NCBI RefSeq assembly: GCF_964204865.1
Contig: NC_135251.1
Location: 6,634,001-6,698,000 of the forward strand
DNA length: 64,000 nucleotides
Direction of reading: 5' to 3'
Source: Styela clava
Taxonomy: Eukaryota
Each line of letters begins with the position of its first letter. Position 1 is the first letter of the stretch. The position numbers and the translations under genes were made by a program. This document shows, one piece after another, positions 53,801-64,000 of this stretch. The notes below the pieces were generated by a model that made no database searches, was not told the DNA's origin, and saw nothing but the letters and a program-made list of their open reading frames with translations.

Positions 53801-56200
53801 TCCGTATTACTTTTTCGGTATCGCAGTGTTGCGCAATTTTAAGCTGATGTAACAGTTGATGACATTCAAAATAATAATTACGTGCGTAATGGTAATTGAT
53901 GATGTATATGTCAGGCGATGGCACTGAATGGTACATTTCGTTCATTTTAGATGTAAGTCCTCCGATTATACTATATTAATGAACACGTGGTTACGAACTA
54001 AATCTAAAAATACAGATATATATTCAAAAACCTAGTATTTAAGCGTGGCGATAATGCCATTTTGCTCAAAGTCTTTTTAAAAAAAAAATGGCACGCTATA
54101 GATCGTGGAAAAGCTGCGGAATCTCTAGTCTTCCATGTCTAATGTTTATATCATATAAATGTTACTTGTAAACCGTTTGTGCTCGTAGTTTAAGATGATG
54201 CCTCGTAAATGTGATTCGAACAAACAATACGAACAAAAACACGGGAGAACACTTGTGGAAACTCATTTAATCAAATAATTAATTTAAATACGAAAAAAAT
54301 AGTACTTTGGAAAATATAATTCGTCGAATTTGACTAGAGAGTCCTACGCTGCAACAGGAATCGTAAATACTCATTGTAATTAATCGCAAAGTAATTATTG
54401 TAAGTTGAAAGGTGAAAAGCCTCTAAATTGTGTGTCTTCTTCAATCACGCAGATGGAAGTATTTTGTAAATCTGAATTCGTTACTATACGATGATTTGTT
54501 ATAGGTTTAAAAGAGCTAAGAACACATTTTTATAATTTTTAATTGATCACTAAGTGTCTGTTTTAGAACGGCAACATTCACGTTTTTAAATTTATAAGAA
54601 TTAAAATGTACCAAGACAATTATAGGGCTCATGTCATTATATAAACTCTAATTTACGAGTATTCTTGTAAATTTACAATCATATTTACATTATAACAAGA
54701 GCATCATGTTTGTTTTGGTAATTTCTTACAATGTCTGAGTTGAAAAAAACACACACAGCAATTGAAAACGAAAAACCAGGTGCCGTTAGATGTTTCGGAA
54801 TTTTAATTTGCAAAGTATTTGGAACCTTACAGATACGCCCACACGGATTTCGTTCAATACTTTCACTAGAACTATAAAATTGTAATTTCAGCACTAGGTG
54901 ACAACAGAGTGCAACTCGATTACTTCTCTTATGGGCTGTAACTACAATGGCCTCATAAATTATAAAACTTCAAAGTTGAGATTTTGAAATATGTTTGTTG
55001 AAGTAGATTTTATCAGGCATGTAGGAACCCTTCGGCGGGCAGCGGGTTGGACGACCGTGCGTTATATAGATCCACGCAATCATTTAAATTTTTTTTATCC
55101 ATTCTTTTCGAATTGATGTATCTCAGATAAATTACACCAAATAAAAACGTCGTGTTAATTGTTAAAATTAATTTAAAATACCGTTATCTAAAAATACGAC
55201 GTTTTTTAATAATTCAATATTTTACTTTTGCAAGGAGTTGTTATGTATAAACTAGATTCAAATGCGATTCAAAATAGTTTTTCTGATAACTTATAGGCTA
55301 TATTTAACAAAGTTCAAAAATTGAATTTTTTTTTTGATCCATATCAATTCCCTTGACGCCTTTGACAATTGAAAAATCAAAATTAGATCAAATACCCTTT
55401 CTTTTGACATTGATATTTTTGATTAATTGCACAGAAATTACCAGATCTCACTAACTTTCGTTCGTAATCAAATTTTTTATGTGAACTAAAATCACCTTAA
55501 ATATTATTTGAAAAAATCTAACTGAAATAAACTTAAAGAGAGAGGCATTTAATTAAGAAAGTTTTATCATAAAACAAGTCAACGGGAACTCCAACTTGTA
55601 TAATTTTGATACACATATCTGAATCTTCGTTTTATTCAGCAACAAATAGAAATACCAACTTAAAGAGATTAAAAAAGTTTGTTTATTTAAATGTAATTGA
55701 TGCATTTTCTAGAGTATGTTTTTCAGCAGTGCACTTATCTTAGCTAGGTTAATTAAACTTGTAATATATGTTGTCGCTCAAAACAACCAAGAGAAAAAAA
55801 TATTCAGACGTTGTGCTATTTGGTTTTAGCTAATATGATTTGTAACAGCACTGGCGTCGTAAATTATAACAATTTAATAATAAGACCTTTAAATGTTTGG
55901 AATCGATAAAATTATTTGCTCATACTTAAGTTTCAAACGGAAAAGAATGGCATACGTCTGCTGTTTTGGCGCCACTTGTTTGAACAGTAAACGCATAGTC
56001 ATGCTGACATTTAATCGTTTTAACTTATTTTATTGTAACGTATGTCGAATCAAGCCCTTTGTAGTCTCACAGTTTCTTGTCTACGTATATAAACGTATTT
56101 AAAATACGTGTGGTGACGCAATATTTTTTAAATCTAGCATACTTGAATTGAATCAACGGAGAAATGAAATGAGAAATACAATAATAATAGCTTTTTATAA
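47810..56200 (+). repeat. Older, more diverged and shuffled copies of the same array modules
   Basis: 47.8-50.8 kb aligns with parts of copy 2 (mainly 32.7-35.05 kb). 50.45-50.79 kb matches 52.36-52.70 kb. 52.7-53.3 kb matches 43.39-44.0 and 54.52-55.0 kb. 53.3-54.52 kb matches 40.37-41.70 kb and in part 50.8-51.3 kb. Confidence 0.85.
51660..51898. mobile_element. Truncated hAT-type MITE (right end only)
   Basis: GCGGCCCG/TGGCCCGC subterminal words and terminus TTGCCGACCCCTG; no left TIR found. Confidence 0.6.
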
Positions 56201-59200
56201 ATACATCATTCTTTAGCTACTTTAAGTTTGACATGAGTAAACATTTGTATTGTTTTTGGTTCAAATAGGAATCGAGTAGTGTTAGGTTTCCGTCATTTTT
56301 AAATGACGTTTAAAGGCAATTGAATGCTATAATAGAATAAATGCATTACCTGTTGTTTATAAAACACATTTGAAAAAAATATATAAAGAAATCTTGAAAC
56401 ATGAGATAAACATAAAAAGGAAGTTATGAAAAAAATGCTCACAGATAAAAAAAGGTGTAGATAAATATATTTGTATATTGGAATAATAGATTCTCATTTT
56501 TTTGCCAAAGTGACATATGCCATAACGTTCTTCTTAACAAAGATGTACCAATCGATATCTTATTATATCTTGGTAAATATAATTTGCATTGACAAGGTTT
56601 GTTGAAAAAGCCATGAAATGCATATTAGGTTTATGTATTTTACTTCGACGTTTCCTAGTGTTGCAGTTTGGCTCAATTTTAAAATAAATTTAATATCAGC
56701 CTATTGTCCAACTTCAGAAATGTATCTACAACTTCGTCTGATATGGGTTTATAGTCAACGAAGAAACACGCTCAGGTGTCCAAGTAATTGACAAATACAC
56801 CATGCACACAAGTCAATTTTAGTTAATAAAACTTGTCTATATTCTAACAAAATCATGAGTTTGAAATAAATTTTAAGATAATATTAAATTCTTGTATTTT
56901 ACGTCTGGTGTTCAATTGTAGTGAATAAGGTGACCACTCGACCGACCTATCGCTTTCTGCTGATTAGCCTTTTTTTTAAATCGTACTCTCAACCAGTCAA
57001 GGGCGTGATTTGATATGTGGGGGTCGCCCATTCTCGCTGAAATCACTAATCAACTCAATCAATATTTCTACGTCTTTAAAATGATGCCCATCATTTTTTC
57101 AGCACCGCCACATATCGTTCAATATCCACCGCTTGATTTTCGCTTTCAAACCAATATTTCCCATGTATGTCCCAGTAATAAAATATTTGGAAATTGCTGC
57201 CCAAATATTTTTTCGGAAGTGTAGTTTCCACGAAATTAATATATTAACATACCCAACCAACAGGAAGTGCAATTCAGCAGAAAACACAATGGGTGACTGA
57301 CAATGTTGCGCAGAAGATACAGGTCTGTCTCATATGGGTATTGGACCATATCCTTGAGAGAACATAACTTTTGTGCAAAACGATACATATACGAACAATA
57401 AAAATAATAACAAACAATCATGCACAAACAGAAGTTCAATTGTTAACAAAATAAAATAATTTACTTCATTTACATTTCATTACATTTCCATTACAGAAGT
57501 AATTTGAAAATTTATGGAATCCATATTTTTTGGTTAACCTCTACCCTCATTCATTTATATTATTTTTCATTGTAATGTAACGAATATTTCAATACACACT
57601 TTATACAAGAAAAAAATGGATCACTGCTGTCAAAAAAATAACGACATGATATGAAATGCGAAGAACAAATTTTCGCCTAATAAGCAATTCGACTAGCCGT
57701 TATCTCCTTTTAACGAACCAGTGACGATTTATGACATTTGCAAATGACATCACTTACCCCAGTAAATTTGAAACTTTTTCATGCTATATGCCATATTTAA
57801 TTTAAGTTTACTCGTGCGATATTTTGATTAAACTAAAATGAAACATCTCCTGATACTTATTCTATATTTTAGGGCAATAGACTTCAACTATGACGTAATT
57901 TTTATTTCAAATTTTCAATGCTAGCTTATGTTTAAGCTCCTATATTAATGTTTTATTTGTATTGCTCAATGGCGTTAATGATATAAGCTTAACTCTGATT
58001 TTAAACTTTTTTAAAATCTTGTTGTCTAACTGAGATATTATATAACTGACAATAATTTGCAGGATGGCTCACTTGATGTACAGGCAAATTCATTAGACTA
58101 TTTATTTTCAATTCTTCTCACGAATAAAAAATTATTCATTGCTAACAGACTAACTATACACATATAAATATTTTTAGAACAAGTGTTTGATTAATTTTTA
58201 ATGATTCTCGTTATTTTAAATTAAAATATTTGCAACAGATTGGTGTTATGCTGCTTATGACAATGATTTGAATTTCAAAAATTCATTTTTTTTTGTTATA
58301 AAATCTGCATTAAAGCATGTTGTGTGTGTGAGACGAGGTTTGGTCGGGGGTTTTGTTTTGGAGGTCGACAGGACCGGCTCGACAGGACCGGGCCGATAGT
58401 CAGCATCTTTAGAAACTACATACCTATTCTGTTGCAGGTAATATTAAACTAATATTTTTGAAAAAGTAGCCTGAAATGTTTTTATGTAAAATTATCTCCA
58501 TTAAATGAAATCAGGTTATTCTGTGCTAACCTTGTGACCGATAGGTTATTGTAATCGTAAGAGACAAACACAATTGAAAATTCATATATAATATAAAATT
58601 ACGTCAACTAAATAAACATGACATTTTGAGTCAAGCTACCGCTCGTTATATCTATAGTAAACGAAGCACACTATATAATATATATTGAAATATAATTCAT
58701 TGTTGAACATTAGATGGCAACACTGAAATTCTTTGCAATCTCTTTTGTGATATCAAATTTGTGGAAAAAAAAATATATCAAATTTGTGACGTCAGTATAG
58801 GTAATAACTTCATAGTAAGACCATAAATTATGTTTAAAGTAGATTAATTTGTTTGTCATACTTAAGTTTCAACGGGTAGAGAATTTGTTTCAAGAGGTAA
58901 ATAGTCTGGAACGGGACAATTGTTTGAACACTTAATGGGTCTTTCAATTTGTAGCAACATTTCAAATGATATGTTTCAAGTTTGTAAATTGGCATAAATT
59001 ATATGTAGAGTCAATTTCTTATCTTTCATGTAGATAACATTTTTTTTATTTCATGTCATAATTATACAAATAATATCAATCGTCGCCATTATCGCCGCAT
59101 TGTAAAGCGTAACGATATGCACATGCTACAAGTTTCAAATAATATAAAATATTACGTCCTTGATTTTCAGCAATATATTTGTATAGTAAAAACTAGAAAT

Positions 59201-60120
59201 AATAATGCGTAGAAAACTATAAAACACGGAAAAACCGAAGCTGATTCATGATGTTTGCGCATTGTTGAGTAAACATTTCAAACCCTACTTCCCGATGATT
59301 GGGTTATTGAATGTTAAATCCTGCAAACTTCAAAAAGATGACAGTTGTGAGCTATACCAATTTAGAATTGAGTTTGTGTTATTGATAGGCATCTGATGTA
59401 GATGTTCAGAAAAAAAAATTAGTTTCACCTATTATAGACCAAAAATTACTTGCATAACTCTTCATTTTATTTTTTCAGTTTTCAGTCATTTTTTTAGAAA
59501 AATAGGCTTTTGACGTTTTTTTTCTAACGTACTCAGGATAGTTTGCTTGAAGTTAATTGATGCATGTTTAGGATTCCGACTTTGTCCCAGCGCACTTTGA
59601 GTTCAATTCTGTGAATAACCTACTGTTGTCCTTTATTGTCAGATGAGGTATTTACAAAAGTTGAAAAAAGTGGGGATGTGTTACCTCAAATGTTATTCTA
59701 CACTTCACTCACTTAAAATTCTGCTATTTTATTATTTCTCTATATTTTGAATTCATCAATTCCATTTTTTTAAAGATGAAACTTTTAAACGTATTTGAAA
59801 TAGATGAAATTGTTTGCTAATATTCAAGTTATATGAGGTTCATCATGTCATATGTCGGCAGTTTTCTGTTGGAAAAAATCCTTGAGAAGTGTTCGAATTC
59901 TGTGCCAAAAAATACATTTATTCAATTGAATGGTGGTATAAAATCTTTATACTAAATTAATCATATTTCGATGCTTCAACAGTCTGGAGATGAATTAATA
60001 AGTAAGCGACTACGTATACGCGGTAAGCTTTTCAAATGTACTTCTGAGAAATATTTTAGAGCGTATACTGCTGATACTGCTTTTTATTATAAATATTAAT
60101 GAATAATCTGTAGTTTATAT

Positions 60121-61897
60121 CAGGGCTTCCCAAACTTTTGAGCTCGCGGCCCCTTTCAATATAATAAAATTTTCCGCGGCCCTTGTTCGCGCTAATAATG
60201 CTAAACAGCTCAAAATATGCATTTTTGATGTTTTATTGACACAGCTAATTCTCAACTTTTAGTAGGCCTACTCAATTACAAAAACAAGCACATACTTATT
60301 CAGATTAACGTTACGCAATTATTCAGTGTAATGGGTGCGAATACTTTTTGCTGCATAGCAAGTCCAGCCTTGGCTCAATGTTTGTTTATGCAGGCCTAAA
60401 TGATGAATTACGGATGTCTGGCCACCGACGGCATGGTCTTTTTCCGGAATTGTTCACTGTTATTGATCAAACTTAGCATAAGACAGCGGTTTGTGTGCCG
60501 CCAAATTATCATGGAAAAAACTCATGGCGCACCTACACGAAAAATATGCTGCCTGATAATAAAACACAATTTTTGTCATCGTTAATATGTACTTATCTTA
60601 TCTCTGCCTGGTTTTTCTTCAAAATGCTAAAAAAATCATCCATGTTCAGCAAATGAATAATTTGCAGCCTACGAAATTGCAGCATGTAGGATACCCGACG
60701 TAACAGAGCGTACTTAACATAGAACAGTAAAATGAAATTGATTCGTATATACATCATTGGCAACAATGAGAAACAATAAAACATTTGGAATAAATAAAAT
60801 ATGTAACATATTTCGAGGCGCACTTAGCAAATCGCCCTCGGTAACCGCTAGCTTAACGATTATTAAAGCCGGCATTGATTATGCAAGCCCACGCAAATCG
60901 GGTCTTTCGATCAGAATATGCATTGTTATACAAGCGCAGTGATTCTACTGTGTTTTCCCGAAAATAAAACCAAGCCTGAATTTTAGAAGTTATTTTAATA
61001 TAAGCTCTTCCCTTTAAAAAAGACTTAGTCGATAGCGCAATTTTTTTTTTACCTAATTCCGTGGAAGTGCGTCGTTTCAATTTTGCTAGGACGTCGCAAA
61101 ATTTCGTGATTCGTGAACTTTTCAAACAACACATATCTTCTACTTTTACAGAAAAACGGGAATACTATATCGATCTTACCTGTGATGGTGTTACAAAAAA
61201 AAAGTTTAATTCTGAAAATCCGTTTTTCTGTAGATAAAGATTATTTTTCTTGGTTTCAAAATCGTTGCGGGCTCCTATCCCTATTGCGATTTCGTTTTTA
61301 CAGACTTTCTACCAAGGCCCGTCAAATATGATTTCACTCAATGTCGTTATGTTTTGTTTGTTTCTTCATATGAATTTCATCGCAAAAAAAAGTCTTTTAT
61401 TGAAGAGTATCAATACCTATTTTTACTGGTAGTCGTAACTTGAGCATATTTTGGAAGGGCGTCACAATACAATGAAGTTCGAGAACCACTACGTCCTAGT
61501 CGATAGCAAGAAATTTATACTCAGGAAAACTCTTTCTACATTTTCAATGGTTAATAATCTATATGTAGCAGTTATTTTAAATGAAGACGTGCTATTTATA
61601 AGTAATGGAAATCGGTATTCATATTTGGCATATTAAAAAATCTCGTTATTCTCTACATCACTCTAAAATAAGCCCTAGTGTTATTTTTGAAATAAAATTG
61701 AAGACACTGCCTTATTTACACAGTATGATAATGTGTTCATTAGGAGTCGTGAAATTTTTGTTTCACATTTTTTTTAATAATTGTATTTCGAATCAAGAGT
61801 CTGAAAAAGTACAATAGATATAGTACTTTGTGTAAAATTGATGTTCTCTTTGCGGCCCCTAAAATTCGTTTCGCGGCCCCTAGTTTGGGAAGCCCTG
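60121..61897. mobile_element. Non-autonomous hAT (Charlie-like) element, 1777 bp
   Basis: Perfect 16-bp TIR CAGGGCTTCCCAAACT. Perfect 8-bp TSD GTTTATAT (60113-60120, 61898-61905). Possible transposase remnant (LSWKK..THGAP) near 60.5 kb. Confidence 0.93.
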
Positions 61898-63505
61898 GTT
61901 TATATTATATTGTGATATATACTGTGTGCGTACATAATGCATAAGGAAGTTAAGAAGTGATACTGGTTTTAAAAGTATTGTGAGTGTTAAAGAGAGCTAC
62001 ACAATTATTTGAAGTAATTTGATCTATAACTGTTGAATTTATTTTACGCCGAGTTATAGCATTTTGATGTCAATTACTAGAAATAATGTAAAATTCCACC
62101 ATTCAAAAGCACGGAACATTTAATTCTAAGTCAAGATTAAAAGCTTTTTACAACAACAAAAAAATACTAATTTATCATACCATGAATCATTTGCTAAACT
62201 AAACTAGGTCAAACTCTTATAACATTTTGTCGCTTAATATAATCACGGAAATCAGTTTTCAACCCTTGGTAACAGCAATTTGATATTCGATTATGCTGAT
62301 TTAACTCGATTAACGCTGATGTCATAAAATTATACAAATTTATGATTGGGGCCTTGAAATATGTTTGAAGTAGATAAAATTATTTGCTCATACTTAGGCT
62401 TTAAAACGAGAAGAATGCCATACGTCAGCAGTTTTGGCCTAACTTAGTTGAACAGTAAACACATAGTTAGATCGGATTTATGCGTTTCATGCATGGCGAT
62501 GTAAATTCCGATGGTCAAATATTTTACGAATCTACCAAACTTAAATTGAAACAAACAATATTATTTTATTTTGATAATAAAAGCTATTACGCATTCGTTT
62601 TATCAAAACTATTGCATCGTTTCCCAAGTGTGTAGCCGCGAACCCCAACTAACCCCTTTTCTTTCTAATGTTAACAAACAAACAAAAAAATTTCCTCATC
62701 ATACATAGCAGGTTTTCATCGTATGACACGCGTTTTAGATCCCGAAGACTCCAACTAAAAAAAAAGTTCTCCGGCCTCCGCTCGGACAAATCCCTTTTCT
62801 TTACATTCAAAATTTCTCGGCAACGCCCCTGTCGTTATATATGTAGAATTATTACACGTGGAAAGCTGTGCGGAATGAAAAATATTATAAATTCATGCTG
62901 ATGTTCTATGCTCATCAAATGCTTATGTTACATTTTTGATTCAATATACCAAAATGTAATTTTTTCCTATATGAATCCAAAATTTGTTTGCAGCAGACAA
63001 TTTTGTTTGTTCAATAAGGTCCAGAGACTGGTAAACAATTTATTTAGAAACCCATACTATTGCATTTAAAATAAACACAAATATATTCGATGTAAAATAG
63101 GGAAACACAAAATACTTTTTTATTTTGAGGTTATTGTTTTTGTACATTGGTAGCCTATTTTATATATGAATGACCTTGAAATATAATCATCTTCACTGAA
63201 GATGAATGCTAAAAAATTTGAAACATTTAAATTCGATACAGATAAACACTTTTGAAATAAAAGAACGTTTTGACTTCAAGAAGAACAGAAAATGCAATGA
63301 TTTATTGTGAACTTGAAATGAATTGTTTGATGTGTAGAAATTATTTTTGTTGTGTTTCTCATCTGCATATGCGGTGATTATAAATGTGCTAATTTGTTGA
63401 ATGAAAATTTTGGTTCACATTGCTGCCAATTCATTTTATTTCTGGCTCTCATATTTCATGCTCTCTTTTCAGATTATTTTTTCATGACTTTTTAACATAG
63501 TAATT

Positions 63506-63749
63506 ATGGCAAACGTGGATTTGTCTACATACCGCATTAGAATCGGTCTATTTCGAGGCGGTTGTAGAACTAAAGAGAAGGGGACACCGATTTCCACTTT
63601 ACAACTCTCGGATTATTCAACGGGACTGTCATTAGCAATTCGAACAGTCGTGTTTGCATTGCTTGCTGTTCACGGAATTGAAAAGAACCCGGGGCCGAGA
63701 TCATCGGATCAAAATAGTGTAAATGAAGGATCTAGTGTTGACCCAGAAA
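63506..63749 (+). CDS. Probable first coding exon of a gene whose N-terminal leader ends in a 2A-like motif (GIEKNPG/P); continues beyond the window
   Basis: Acceptor CTCTCTTTTCAG (63461-63472), ATG at 63506, MANVDLSTYRIRIGLF..RTVVFALLAVHGIEKNPGP, and donor GAAA|GTGAGT at 63749/63750 (phase 1). The unspliced frame runs to 63841. Confidence 0.7.
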
Positions 63750-63938
63750 GTGAGTTCACTTCTTACGTTAAAAATAAATATGCAACACGGAAGTTCAGTT
63801 CATTTTCAAAACCGCGATATCTAAAGATTTACGGATATTAGTTCAGATCGTTTTATTTGTCTTATATTGTATATAAATGCCAACTTTTCTGCACAAATTT
63901 TTCGATTCACTTTTGCAACCTTTGACTAAAGAGCTAAT

Positions 63939-64000
63939 CAGGGGCCTCAAACTCAATTTACCTAGCGGCGACCATTGGATGCAGAGACTGGGTAGGTCTG
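63939..64000. mobile_element. Left end of a hAT-type MITE (runs off the window)
   Basis: CAGGGGCCTCAAACTC terminus, similar to the other CAGGG MITEs in this window. Confidence 0.5.

Noticed and set aside
55893-56102. Module-encoded small protein MF(E/G)VDKIICSYL..YVCSFG..TCL
   Set aside because: Paralogs carry frameshifting deletions (40241, 43891, 45531, 53193) or early stops, and the peptide belongs to no family I recognise.
21504-62470. CRISPR-like or satellite interpretation of the array
   Set aside because: There are no short identical repeats with unique, regularly sized spacers. Units are hundreds to thousands of bases with homologous intervening sequence, in eukaryotic DNA.
55010-62830. 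Small GC-rich islands at ~55014, 56998-57136, 58330-58400 and 62630-62830
   Set aside because: Probably MITE or other repeat fragments, but I could not pair ends or find TSDs, so they were not called.
21000-63400. The many 60-100 aa ORFs in the ORF track
   Set aside because: AT-rich compositional ORFs, often with non-ATG starts. Frames are not preserved between paralogous copies.

Overview
Eukaryotic, AT-rich invertebrate genomic DNA; the MITE repertoire looks ascidian/tunicate-like, which is an inference. No prokaryotic features or CRISPR arrays were seen. 1-21 kb is a stack of transposons: the 3' part of a Helentron ORF (Pif1 helicase + APE-type endonuclease); an intron-containing Myb/SANT (Harbinger-accessory-type) pseudogene; an I-group LINE split by up to three nested insertions, including a complete 3.0-kb hAT with an 8-bp TSD; and a minus-strand NeSL/Utopia-like RLE retrotransposon whose 5' end is a fragment of U2 snRNA. 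21.5-62.5 kb is an essentially non-coding mosaic of tandem duplications of different ages, all in one orientation, interrupted by MITEs and a 5'-truncated LINE. It repeats a few modules: an ~250-bp module in 11 copies (CRE-like, GATA and Fox-like words, hairpins, an Sm-like word), a CTCF-like GATGGCGC motif in 9 copies, and a CpG-rich first-exon-like segment ending in a strong donor in 4 copies. Just downstream (63.47-63.75 kb) is a splice-bounded coding exon encoding an N-terminal leader that ends in a 2A-like ribosomal-skipping motif (GIEKNPGP). The most interesting, unproven idea is a multimerised promoter/enhancer or small-RNA array feeding a 2A-leader host gene.
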